NCBI GenBank assembly: GCA_964016885.1
Contig: OZ024741.1
Span: 158,348,001-158,412,000 of the forward strand
DNA from: Eledone cirrhosa
Taxonomy: Eukaryota
Reading direction: 5' to 3'
Length of the DNA: 64,000 bases
Of the stretch, positions 51,358-64,000 are shown piece after piece. The notes beneath the pieces were generated by a model. It was not told the DNA's origin, ran no database searches, and saw only the letters and a list, made by a program, of their open reading frames with translations. Every line of letters begins with the position of its first letter. The first letter of the stretch is position 1. A program made the position numbers and the translations under genes.

Positions 51358-54300
51358 TCATCATCATCATCATCATCAACGTTTAACGTCCGTGTTCCAC
51401 GCTTGCATGGGTTTGGACGGGGGTAGTCCCACTTGAGGCAAGAGTAATTGTCTTGCTCGCATAGGACTGTCTGGCAGGTTTTCTACAGTTGGATGCCCTT
51501 CCTAACACCAACCACATTTACAGTGTGGGTCTGGGAGGTTTTTACCGTGTTGCCTACACGGCCACATTACAGCGTGGACTGTGTGTTTTTTTGTCGTGAC
51601 ACCTACACGATCTCATTTGTTTCGGCCTCGATGGCGCGGCACCAACATAACTTTACATAGAACGGGGTGGTGTGGATGGGGTGGGGGTGGTGGTGGTGGG
51701 ACGGGGTGTATTTTGTTAGAGATGCCTACTGGCTGGAGTAGGTTTTACTATATATTTAGGTAAGGCGGGTCTTCTCTGTTACTGAGTACCGCCAAAGGTC
51801 TCGGTCCAGTGACATTGTCTTGGAGAGGTGTAAGTGTGTGATGTCGGAGTTTATCAGCTCGTCCCAGGTTTTTCTAGGTCTGCCTATTCCGTGACTACCG
51901 TCTATCTTTATTGCCCTGCACTTTGTTATACAGCTATCGACTTTCATGCGCATCACGTGTCCATACCAACGTAGCCTTCTCTCGAGTAAACAACATCTGA
52001 TCCCTCTTATCTCTAATTTTTTCCTTAGTTCGTTTATGCTTTGCCGTTCACGTATATTACTGTTATACATCCAGCGGAGCATGCAAGCTTCGTTCCTCTC
52101 TAGTCTGCGTATATCCTCTGCACACAATGCCCAGGTCTCACTGCCATGCAGCATTGCTGTTCGTATGCAGGCATCGTACAACCTGCCTTTCATTTTTAGG
52201 GAGAACCCTTTAGCAGCTAATAGTGGTATAAGCTCTCTGAACTTTTTCCAACCAGTTCTGACTCTAGCTACAGTACTTTCAGAGCACCCTCCCCCACTGC
52301 TGATTTTATCGCCCAGGTAACGGAAGCTGTCCACTATTTCTATAGAACCCTCTGCGCAATTGAAAGAGTTAGTATTTTGTGGGCACTTGCTGCTACTTAT
52401 TGCACCAGAGCACCGGCCACATGTAAAATCTATGTTCTTAGTTAGCTTACCTGTGATCCCACTACATCTTTTATGCACCCATACTTTGCATTTAGGACAT
52501 AAAATGGAGTTTCTACCTACGCCTTTCCTACACACCAAGCACGACCATTTCCCAGAAGGGACCGCCGCCTTGTTTTCTTTCCTACAAACTAGTACTTTGG
52601 TCTTAGCCAGGTTAATTTTAAGTCCTTTTGACTCTAGGCCGTGCTTCCATGTTTGGAATTTCTTCTCTAGCTCGGCCATTGATTCCGCTATGAGTGTCAG
52701 GTCGTCTGCGTATAGGAGTTCCCATGGGCAGCCTGTCTTGAACTCCTCTGTTATAGCCTGAAGGGCAATAATAAATAGTAGTGGGCTGAGAACAGAGCCC
52801 TGATGGACGCCAACTTTTACGCTAAACTCTTCACTATATTCATTGTTAATTCTAACCTTGCTGACTGTTTCTTTATACATGGCTTGTATAGCCCTCACAA
52901 GCCATTCGTCAACGCCTAGTTTTCTAAGAGCCCACCAGATAATGGAGCGGGGGACTCTGTCGAAGGCTTTCTCCAAGTCGACAAAAGCTAAGTAGAGGGG
53001 TTTACCTTTAGCTAGGTACTTCTCCTGTAGTTGTCGTACTATGAAAAGAGCGTCTGTGGTACTTTTGCCTGACACAAACCCGAACTGCATTTCATCTAGG
53101 TCAATTCTCTCTCTGATTAGTTGCGCTATTACTTTTTCCGTGACCTTCATGACCTGGTCGATTAATTTAATGCCTCTATAGTTACTCCTATCTAGGGCGT
53201 CTCCTTTACCCTTATAACAGTTAACGATGATGCTGCTATGCCAGTCCTTCGGAACAACCCCATTCTGTACGACTTGGTTAACTATGCGGGTGACCATGGT
53301 GTGTCCCACCGTGCCAGATGCCTTCAGCATCTCAGCAACTATTTCCGAAGGCCCAGCCGCCTTACCCGTCTTCATATCCTTGATTGCCTTACTTATTATA
53401 CTCCCCTCGACTAACACTGCTGGTCCCTCTATTGGGTCGATATGGGGGAGACTGTCTTTCTCCCATTTATTCTCCTCATTTAGTAGCCTTTCATAGTGAC
53501 ACTTCCAAGCTACCTTCTTATCAGCGTCGGTGATGGCAAGTGTGCCATCGTCGTTTAGTACACACTTCTCCCCGACAATATCACGGTTTTCCTTGACGCA
53601 TTGCCTAGCAATCCTGAACACCTCACGTTTTTGGTCATCGCGTTGTAGAACATGCTTGAACTTTCTTTCCTCAGCTTCCCTTCTTGCTAAGTACACTTGT
53701 CTCCTAGCTTCCCTCCTGGCCACTTGATAGTCTTCTCTACTTCCCCCATCCCGCCATACTTTCCAAGCCTGCTTTTTGGCCTTAATTGACCCCTCCACCT
53801 TACTGTTCCACCACCATGTTACTCTCCTCCTGCCTACAGGCCTGCTCCAGCCACAGACTTCGTCTGTCGCCAACAGCAGGTTTGCTTTCAGAAATTCCCA
53901 CTCTCCCTCTATATTGTCCGACTCTAAATGTTCTTCCTTACTGTCGAAAGCATCAAGTAATATGCTTTGAAATTTATTCCTGGCTGTGGGGTCCTTTAGC
54001 TTCCATATTTTTCTCCTGAGGATAGTCCTCTTCTGCTGTCGAGTACGTCTCGTCCTGACTATGAGGTCGCTAATTATCAGTCTATGTTGGGAGGTGCATT
54101 CTTCATGGGGGAGGGATTTAGTGTTTACAACAGACACTCTGTCACGTCTTCTGGTAAGGATATAATCTACCTGGCTTGTGTGTTCCCCGGATCTATAGGT
54201 GATCAGGTGATTGTCACGTTTTTTGAAGTTAGTGTTACAGATAGTTAGGTTATTTGCATCACAGAATTCCAGGATTCTGGAGCCTTCCTCATTTCTAGTA

Positions 54301-54900
54301 CCAAACCCATAGCCTCCATGGATTTCGTCGTAGCCGTCACAATGTTGTCCAACGTGACCATTTAGGTCGCCTGCAATAACTATATAGTCACTGTCGGTTA
54401 TTTGGGAGGCAGCGAGCATCAGTGTCTCATAGAATCTGTCTTTTATAGTGCCGGGCAGTCCGGATTGGGGTGCGTACGCAGATATTACTGTCACCGTAGT
54501 TCTATTGAGGACAAGTCGTATTTTAATTATTCTGTCGTTCACTCTATTTACGTCTATTATCTTATCTGCCCACTTTTCTGCTACCATGATTCCTACTCCA
54601 CCCAGCCCATCGTCGTTTCCCACCCAGAAAAGCTTATAACATCGTTTTTTACCCTCAATGAACCTAGCAGACCCACCCCTCCACCTGGTCTCTTGAATAC
54701 AACAAACATCGACCTCCTTACGTTCAAGCATTTCTACAACCTCGTTAGCGCGACCCTTTAGGGTGCCTACATTTATGGTACCAACTCTGAAGTTTTGGAT
54801 TGCGTTTGGGGGGTGGGGGGCGGGGGGCGATGGGGTTATGTTAGCTGTCCGCGGTCGAAACAATGAGGAGTGCTCGCATTCTCGTCCAAGAGGTGAATTT
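51358..54900 (-). mobile_element. RTE LINE with an uninterrupted APE-RT ORF (51756-54920, 1054 aa), truncated in the 5' UTR
   Basis: NVGTL, IQETRW, YAP, GDLNGH, VDYIL, SQH; RT with YADD. Closely related to the copy at 42358. Confidence 0.96.
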
Positions 54901-54931
54901 ATAAAAAAAAAAGGAAACAAAACTGTTGTAC

Positions 54932-55128
54932 CTGTCCATTATACCCAACATTTGTTTTCTGACATCTTGAGCTCGCTTTAAAGTTCGAATTTGGACAAAG
55001 TTTTCATAGCACCAAGGACTGGAAAATTTATTATTTCTCCATGAATTGTAAACAGCCAGCAGAGTTAAATGGTCACCTTCAGGCTGGTGGAATTTGGCCT
55101 TGCGTTGATCTGCAAGGGCTTGTTTGTC
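54932..55128 (-). CDS. DHX8: DHX8 exon (197 nt)
   Basis: [30 protein letters not shown]...QMLGIMD; AG/GT boundaries. Confidence 0.95.
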
Positions 55129-55431
55129 CTGGAAAATAAGGTCAGTTTTAATAATCAATGGAATTGCAAGATATTAAAAAGAAAAAGGTATGTGTGTAAA
55201 ACATTACCTCAAAAAGGACCCCATGATCAATATGAAGTCTATTTTTAGGCCCCACAAGGCTAACCCTTGCTTTAGCAGGGGAAAATGGTCTGAAAATGCT
55301 TATCGTATAACATTTTAAAATAAACTGTTTTATACTGTAGAAACTGGGCAGTTTAAGGTGATTTGGTATGAAAAGGGTTACACCCTATGTCCTACAGAGG
55401 ACGGAATGATGAAATATATACCATAACTAAC

Positions 55432-55560
55432 CTTTGGTCGATAGAATACATTCTGTACGGACAACATTGATACAATTGTTAAGATCTCATCACTGCAAGA
55501 TAAGTGGACTGACATAATCAACATCTTGGACAACATGGGCTCCAGGGGGAATTCAGCCAT
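55432..55560 (-). CDS. DHX8: DHX8 exon (129 nt)
   Basis: [18 protein letters not shown]...VQNVFYRPK (HA2 region). Confidence 0.95.
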
Positions 55561-56399
55561 CTGTAAATGGAGAAATCACATCAATATAGAATAAACATCA
55601 ACTTTTTCTCTTTAGAAATTGATCAATTAAAACATCAACATCATTATTTTTGTGCCCGCTTTGTCATGCTGGACAAGATTTTTTGAGGCAGTTTTACTGT
55701 GGCCTTCACTTCACAATACCTTCATTCCAGGTGTTTCTTGAGCAAATGTCATTACCATAGTTGACCCAAGATGTGTGAGTGAAATTGAGTAAATGGAAGC
55801 TTGTTGGATGGACTGTACCTCTAATACAAAGAGCCCAGCTTTTTCATACTGAATCTAACTGAGAACTACATTAAGGGTACATATGCTTATGGAATACTCA
55901 GCCATTAATTTAATGAATAGGCCTTCCCATTAAAAGAACAAAAGGAAAACTCATCATTGACACCAAAGGAGAAACATTTTATCAGGTTGTACCTAATTCT
56001 TTTCACAATCACTCCATATCTATCTACAATCTCAAATCCTTATTTCTCACACTCATTACCTCATACTTCATACAGTCTTCTTATAATACATAGTAACTAT
56101 ATCAGTTGATGTAAAGTTTAGCAGTTTCATTACCATATTTTTAATGAAAGACACTGCCTATAATTTTCAAATTAGTTTGAAAATAATCAAGAATTTGGAG
56201 GGATTTAGTAATATAACTAACTCTCTCTTTATTAAGTTGGTGTTTGGAATATAATTTAACAAAGGCAGGTTTTTAGATAAACATAAACACTTTAAAATAA
56301 ATAGCTTTGTATCATAGAACCAGGCGTGGTTTGATATGAAAGGGGCTAAAATGTTGACACCTCCAAAGTGTACAATAAAAGATGATGGTAGCAACTTAC

Positions 56400-56693
56400 C
56401 CTGCGACCGAGTCTAGTCAGCAAGCCTTCATCATCGAGTGCACTCAATGCATGAAGCTGTTCCATAGCTGATATTAAAGTCTGCATGGGTGGTGCATCCA
56501 TGAAGTCAAAGGAGAGGAGATCATTAATACCCATGGCCTTCAAGGACAATACTGTACTGGCCAAGTTTGTACGCTGGATCTCAGGGACATTTGTAGGAAG
56601 CATCTCATCTCGATACGCCCGCTCGGTGTAGAGTCGATAGCACTTGCCTGGACCTGTGCGACCAGCACGTCCAGCACGCTGTTTGGCTTGAGC
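56400..56693 (-). CDS. DHX8: DHX8 exon (294 nt, helicase motif VI)
   Basis: [31 protein letters not shown]...[13 protein letters not shown]. Confidence 0.96.
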
Positions 56694-57640
56694 CTGTGGA
56701 AGATAGAACAGAGAATGTCAAATATTGAAGGCAGCTTACTGTAGAAGATAGAACAAACAATGTCATATACTGAAGACAGTTGAGCCTGTAGATGATATTA
56801 TATACTGAGTCTGTAGAAGCTAGAACAGACAATGTGAGTCTGTAGAAGATAGAACATACAATGTGAGCCTGTAGAAGATAGAACATACAGTGGTAGTCTG
56901 TAGAAGGTAGAATAGACAATGTGAGCCTGTAGAAGATAGAACATACAGTGGGAGTCTGTAGAAGATAGAACATACAGTGGGAGTCTGTAAGAGATAGAAT
57001 AGACAGTATGAGCCTGCAGACGATAGAATAGACAATGTGAGCCTGTAGAAGATAAAATAGACAATCTGAGTCTGTAGAAGATAGAATAGACAATGTGAGC
57101 CTGTAGAAGATAGAACATACAGTGGGAATCTGTAGAAGATAGAACATACAATGTGAGCCTGTAGAAGATAGAAGATACAATGTGAGCCTGTAGAAGATAG
57201 AACATGCAGTGGGAGTCTATAGAAGGTAGAACATACAGTGGGAGTCTGTAGAAGGTAGAACATACAGTGGGAGTCTGTAGAAGATAGAACATACAGTGGG
57301 AGTTTGTAGAAGGTAGAACATACAGTGGGAGTCTGTAGAAGGTAACATACAGTGGGAGTCTGTAGAAGATAGAACATACAGTGGGAGTCTGTAGAAGGTA
57401 GAACATACAGTGGGAGTCTGTAGAAGATAGATCATACAATGTGAGCCTGTAGAAGATAGAATAGACAATGTGAGCCTGTAGAAGATAAAATAGACAATCT
57501 GAGCCTGAAGAAGATAGAATAGACAATGTGAGCCTGTAGAAGATAAAATAGACAATCTGAGTCTGTAGAAGATAGAACAGAGGGAGTCTGTAAAAGATAT
57601 GACAGAGAATATCATATACTGAGTCTGTAAAAATATAACA
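56689..57640. repeat. 29-bp minisatellite derived from the DHX8 splice acceptor
   Basis: Unit TGAGCCTGTAGAAGATAGAATAGACAATG and variants, about 30 copies, contiguous with the exon start at 56693. Confidence 0.93.
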
Positions 57641-57698
57641 GACAGGCAAATACCAAGGAAGGCTCTAATTGAACTACATACACACAAATAAAAGATCA

Positions 57699-57902
<204 letters not shown>

Positions 57903-58009
57903 TCAAACAACATACAACACAGATATTACTACTGTGTGCATTGTATTTTTGTTAATTTTTCTACAGAAATAATTCAATTAATATTTAGAAATTCAGACAA
58001 TAAACAATG

Positions 58010-58345
58010 ATGCATTCTCTGATGAATGTGTAATAGTAGTGTACAGGATTGATAAAGCATCAAACGTCAATGAACTGAGAGAGAAATTAGGCCTAAGAGG
58101 GGTCAGAAGCAATGTGCAGGAGAAGACACGATGGTAGTATGGACATATCATATATATGGAAGATAACAGCTGTATAAAAAGGTGCAAAGTAAGTAAAGTT
58201 GTTGGAAACTATGAAAGAGGAAAATCTAGGAAAACTTGGGATCATGTGGTAAAAGGTGACTTCATGCAATTAAACCTCTCAAAGGAAATGATGATGTAAG
58301 TTCAAGTTCTCTGGTGATATACCATACCTTAGAAGACCCACCTTT
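58010..58345 (+). mobile_element. Old RTE 3' fragment
   Basis: ELREKLGLRG..., GKSRKTWD remnants. Confidence 0.7.
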
Positions 58346-59072
58346 CCACACATACAGGATGAAAAAGCATGGAGGACAGTTTGTACTAATTTCCTTCATG
58401 CATCTACCCCAATTCAATACTCTCCCTTCACTATCTAAATACCCACCATAGATCCCTCCCCCACCACCTTAACACCCCTCTTAGCTCAGCCCAACCCATA
58501 CCAAGATACAAAAGATGGATACTCCACCATCCATCTCATGCCAACATAGAAGGCCAGACATGCTCCACCTTGTACCATGACAAAATGCAAAGTTTGAGTT
58601 AAGAAAGACATCAAGCCAGGTAGGCTATGCCAGAACAAAAACAGAATGCATGAAGTAGACGTGATCTGTCCAGCCTAGGTTGTCTGTCTGGCCCAAGCAG
58701 ACATGGGGAAATAGATGTTTAATGATGATATGAGGTACTCTCTTGCTCCTCTCCACACTTATGATACACCTTTCCTGTCCAACTCATGCATGCATGCACA
58801 GAAAGCCAAACATGTTCCACAGTGACTCTCCCAGTGCTGGTGACACAACATAAAGCCCCAGTCCACTCTGTAAGGTATTCATACTGGTGCTACAACAAAA
58901 AGCACCTAGTCCACCTTGTGAGGTGGTCATGCTGGTTCTTTGACAAAAAAGCACCCAGTCCACTCTGTTAAGTGGTTGTTCTACTATCTATGGTGATCAA
59001 CTGTTATTACAGTTATTTTCTGCATTTAAGACTGTCACACATTCAAGTTTTTGTACTTGTAAAATGTCTTAC

Positions 59073-59254
59073 TTTTCTTGATCCTGGTGGTGCTGGTTCA
59101 AATATACGTGTTTGCATTTCACTGGGCAAGGCACTATATACGGGTAAGATAATCAACTCAGGTACTTCAGGTCCCAAAGCTTTCATACGTTCATATAAGA
59201 TTTCACAGGCTGTATCAATTTCTTCTTGACCAGTGAGGAAAAGTAGTATATCTC
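59073..59254 (-). CDS. DHX8: DHX8 exon (182 nt, motif IV); not shown in the ORF track
   Basis: (G)[60 protein letters not shown]; tag acceptor, gtaag donor. Confidence 0.95.
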
Positions 59255-59497
59255 CTACAAAGTAAGACCAATAAATATTTATTCTTCCATGACATAGAAA
59301 CTTTGAGAACAGTTAATAAAGCTTCATAAACAAACATTCTTATTGGCCCAGATCTTCAAAGTAACTGGTTATTCTTGATAACTAGGTGCCCTGGAGTATT
59401 TAGAATTAAGTGTCCTTTCTCTGAGTAACAACAGAATACCTGCAGTAAAAACTTTCAAGCTGTTAGTCCATTTTTAACAACCATTTGACCTAGACAG

Positions 59498-60280
59498 TGC
59501 AGTGAATAAGCAGAGTTGTTATCATGTAGAACAAAATGCTCTACGATATTTGTTATGGCTCTCTGCAGTGAATTGGCAGAGTTGTTAACGTGTAAGATAT
59601 AATACTCTATGGTACTTGTTATGGCTCTCTGCAGTGAATTGGCAGAGTTGTTAACATGTAAGATATAATACTCTATGGTACTTGTTATGGCTCTCTGCAG
59701 TGAATTGGCAGAGTTGTTAACATGTAAGATATAATACTCTATGGTACTTGTTATGGCTCTCTGCAGTGAATTGGCAGAGTTGTTAACATGTAAGATATAA
59801 TACTCTATGGTACTTGTTATGGCTCTCTGCAGTGAATTGGCAGAGTTGTTAACGTGTAAGATATAATACTCTATGGTACTTGTTATGGCTCTCTGCAGTG
59901 AATTGGCAGAGTTGTTAACATGTAAGATATAATACTCTATGGTACTTGTTATGGCTCTCTGCAGTGAATTGGCAGAGTTGTTAACATGTAAGATATAATA
60001 CTCTATGGTACTTGTTATGGCTCTCTGCAGTGAATTGGCAGAGTTGTTAACATGTAAGATATAATACTCTATGGTACTTGTTATGGCTCTCTGCAGTGAA
60101 TTGGCAGAGTTGTTAATGTGTAAGATATAATACTCTATGGTACTTGTTATGGCTCTCTGCAGTGAATTGGCAGAGTTGTTAACATGTAAGATATAATACT
60201 CTATGGTACTTGTTATGGCTCTCTGCATACTCAGTTCAAATCCAGATGAGGTGAGCTATGCCTTTCAACTTTTCATGGTC
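59498..60280 (+). repeat. 66-bp tandem array (about 11 units) made from a SINE head, followed by the SINE body
   Basis: Near-identical units contain TGGCAGAGTTGTTAAC. The array runs into CAGTTCAAATCC...TGCCTTTCA. Confidence 0.88.
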
Positions 60281-60751
60281 ATCATCATATTTATCAGTTA
60301 ACATCCAATCTCCCTGCTAACAAGGGTTGGACAAGTTGGTATTCAAAGCAGAGATACTGACACCATGGAGAGCCAGGAGCCTGTATTTCACTTACGTATC
60401 TACTTACGTATTGATCTTTGCTCTGTGTTTTTGGGTAGACTTAATTTAACATCACCTGATCCTTGGGTAGTAAACTTAATCCATCACCTAATTTAACATT
60501 TCCACCTGTCCCTAGGGTGGTAGACTTAATCAATCATCCAGTTTAACACTATTATTTGTCCTTTGGGTGGTAAGACTTAATTCATCACCAATCACTCATT
60601 TTCTCTCTCAACCCCACTAAACTTACCAGCTAAAGAGAGTCAGCATTGGTAAGTACACAATTCTCTCTCTCTCAATTTTTAACATTAACTAAAATATAGC
60701 TCATAACCCACAGCCTTCAATGACCAGTGTTATAGAGACAGTAAAAATCTA

Positions 60752-61171
<420 letters not shown>

Positions 61172-62552
61172 TCATAGATGTGGTATTTTGTGGTTGGTGC
61201 AGGGATGGAGTTAAAATTTCAATGAAAACAGAAGGCTAGATTCCAAATATTCCTTTAATATTGCAAAATCACAATATGTATTTCTATGGCCTTCTTACAT
61301 CATCAGATCATGACATAGGACATATGGCGATGTCATCAGGTGTAAATTGCAAAGATTAAGTAACCAATTACTGGATTACGGCAAACATAAACAGAAAATA
61401 GACTTGAATCAAACAGCATGACATCCAGTGTTACTGCTATGACAAAGTGCCTCCAAATGCCACACACTCAGCAATGTTAAGCATTGTGGGTTCGTAGACG
61501 TGTGGGGGAGGGTAGTGACAGAATTCTGCCATCCTCCGATAATGCTACAGTATTAATCAGAACCATTTATTTTTGTTTACTTCCACCCACTCACACACTG
61601 GAAGTATTTTGAAAGCAGGAGATTGAATAAGAGAACATTGTATGGGGATTCATTGAGTAGAAGAGAGAGGGAGAGAGAGCAAGCAAGAGAGAGAGAGGAG
61701 GAAGAGTAGGTGAAGAGAGAGAGCAATAAAATACAAGTCAGAAGTAAGATTTCAATCTTACTTACATATAATTGAAAGAAAAAGTATAATTAAATCACAG
61801 AGAAAAAGTTGGTATGTGTGTGTGTGTGTGTGCTAGCATGTTTATGTTTCATTGTAAAATAATCACTCCAGATATTTTAGTACCACATTTATGTAGAATT
61901 TGAAGTTGTGAAAATTGGCAAAATATTGACATTGAATATAAGTTGAAGCCACATTTTACCATTAATTTTTACCACATATTTCTCAGTTTATATGGTGTGT
62001 GTGTGTGTATATTCTTCGTCCTCCAAGCATGAAACACTATTGCATCTTCTTGTTTGTTTGTTTCATGTTTCCTTGACTATATATATATATATATAAAATA
62101 TAAAAGTAATGAAGATTGCTGATATAAAGTCAATGTTCTCCAGCCATCGTCTAGCTCACTCAATGAATCTACCGAATTGCAGTGATGCAGCTGCAGTCAG
62201 CTGTCCAGAGTGCACATATTTAGTTAATAGCAGAAACGGTGGCTGTGTTTTGGTAGAGATAAAAGTAAAAATCTCAACTCCTGGACGATATCATATCTGT
62301 GCAACATAACTTCACAAATGCAGATATGACATCCACAATGTTCAGAAAGTCACGTAATATCAGCAGATATTTCCGTAACTGGGCTATTACACGTCATTAG
62401 CATATAGCCCAAGTCATAAGATAGATCTATTTAGTGTGTGTTAGCCATTACTATTGGGTAAGGTATCTAGCAGTTCTTGCCATTCTTACACTCTGCCTCT
62501 AATGAAAAAGAGGAAGAATCCTATCTTAGACTAATATATCGTAATATATCAT

Positions 62553-62587
<35 letters not shown>

Positions 62588-62789
62588 TCTCACTGACCCC
62601 CCGCCACCACAATAACAATAACGTCTACACTCGCTCCCCACCATCACCACAGTACTCATTACTCTATCTAAGGTGGCTGACCTGTTCCCTGTTCCCTGTT
62701 GACATACTGCTGACTCTTTTGATGTATGTATGTGTATATACATATATATATGTGTGTGTATATGTATATCTCAGTGGATGCGACCAGAT

Positions 62790-63107
62790 TTCAACACAGC
62801 AACAACTACAACAACAGCAGCAACAACAACGGCAACAACACCATTGTCTGTGTTGAATGTGTGTGTATGTATGTATTTGTATATATGCAACAGCAATAAC
62901 AGCATCAACACCATTGTCTGCAGCAACAGCAGCAGTGAAATGAAGAACAACAACAACAGCGACAACAGCAACAACGACAACAACAGCAACAGCAACTACA
63001 ATAACAACTACAGCACCAACAACTGACACCACCATCACTGACCATCCACCACCACCACACTGACACCATCCACCACCACCACCGCCATTACCAGCGTAAA
63101 GCAAACA

Positions 63108-63142
<35 letters not shown>

Positions 63143-63375
63143 CAAGCTGAACTGGACTGGGAAAGGTCAACAGTTGATATGATATTGATTTTGATTTTGA
63201 TGATTTTGATTTTGATTTTGTATCAGTACTGTCGGTAATATATGTATATATATGTGTGTTTGTGAGTGGTGTGTGTGTGGTTGTGGTTTGTATGCATGAG
63301 TGTTGGTGTGTGAGTGTTTGTGTGTGTGGTTGTGGTTTGTATGCATGAGTGTTGGTGTGTGAGTGTTTGTGTGTG
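62790..63375. repeat. Cluster of simple repeats: (CAA/CAG)n, (CCA)n, (ATT)n, (GATTTT)n, GT-rich
   Basis: Direct inspection. Confidence 0.85.
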
Positions 63376-63464
63376 CGTCGTGTCAATAAGTTTTTTTTTT
63401 TTAAATGACCATGCTGTAAAATGGAGGGGTTGAGAGGGCCCTTGAGTCTAGTAAGACATCCTCT

Positions 63465-64000
63465 CTAGTGCTGGTGGCACAAATAAAAGCACCCAGTCCA
63501 TGCTGTAAAGTGGCGCTGGTGTTAGGAAGGGCATCCAACCAGTGTATCAATGCCAAAACGCTTATCAGCACAGCAACAAATAGGAACAACAACAAAATAT
63601 GAAGACGTCGCATCTCAGAGTTGCAACACTTAATGTTGGCACTCTCAGAGGTAGATCTGCTGAAATAGCGAAGATGCTGGAGAGAAGGCAGGTGGATGTG
63701 TGCTGCGTGCAAGAGGTGAGATGGAGAGGTGCCTTTGCGAGACTAGTCGTAGGCAAGCGTCTTAGCTATAAGCTATTCTGGGTAGGTAAGGATGATGGGC
63801 TAGGGGGAGTAGGCATTTTCCTGGCTGAGAAATGGATCAATAAGACAATAGAGGTAGTTCGAGTTAGTAATCGAATAATTAAGCTTAGATTAGTTGTAGG
63901 TAAGAGACTACTGACAATCATCTCGGCCTATGCTCCCCAAGCAGGCCTAGGCAAAGATGAGAAAGACTGCTTTTATGAGCAACTTTTGCAAACAACCGCA
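63465..64000 (+). mobile_element. 5' end of an RTE LINE (5' UTR and APE start), running off the window
   Basis: LRVATLNVGTLRGRSAE...VDVCCVQEVRWRG...YKLFWVG...ISAYAPQ, open to the window end. A Ceph-like motif lies upstream. Confidence 0.9.

Noticed and set aside
56605-57687. Several long minus-strand ORFs
   Set aside because: Products of the 29-bp minisatellite.
59455-60228. 257-aa ORF of 22-aa repeats
   Set aside because: A 66-bp SINE-derived tandem array; the flanking DHX8 exons join correctly without it.
60430-60590. Regularly spaced short repeats, also at 12250-12410, resembling CRISPR
   Set aside because: The spacers are related to each other and the context is a eukaryotic intron; these are degenerate minisatellites.
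61270-61345. Paired TGATGA/CTGA boxes on the minus strand (C/D snoRNA or hammerhead)
   Set aside because: The spacing is too short for a snoRNA and the stems are too weak for a hammerhead.
61588-61620. Minus-strand LSKYFQC followed by gtgagt as a possible upstream DHX8 exon
   Set aside because: The preceding codons do not give the expected SAT motif III (LIVTSATLD); probably coincidence.

Overview
Eukaryotic, repeat-rich animal DNA. The SINE and RTE families look like those of an octopod cephalopod, which is an inference. Two convergent genes are partly present. (1) On the minus strand are the last eight coding exons of the spliceosomal DEAH helicase DHX8/PRP22 (60880 to 41612), all with GT-AG junctions and consistent phases. 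(2) On the plus strand are the 3' exons of an unnamed gene (9616-15431). Its globular domain is interrupted by a 1140-nt phase-2/phase-2 exon encoding Asn-rich and Gly-X-Lys collagen-like repeats. The rest is mostly transposons: a decayed Ty3/Gypsy element, Penelope-like elements (PLEs; CxCx5C linker and (TA)n insertion, resembling the Hydra clade), several RTE LINEs (one with an open 1054-aa ORF), a Tx1/L1-like fragment in (GATA)n, mariner, piggyBac-like and Helitron-like pieces, and two SINE families. The main hidden layer is 12 hammerhead-ribozyme motifs from about 9 unrelated sequence contexts, mostly in short (TA)n-flanked cassettes. They include two non-canonical cores (U3-A8 covariant and U4->A), each seen in two copies, and a back-to-back inverted pair. 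Other notable structures are recurrent (TA)n-centred inverted duplications, about 30 tandem copies of a DHX8 3' splice site, and a SINE whose A-box head is amplified about 11 times. All folds and alignments were done by eye, with no database searches.
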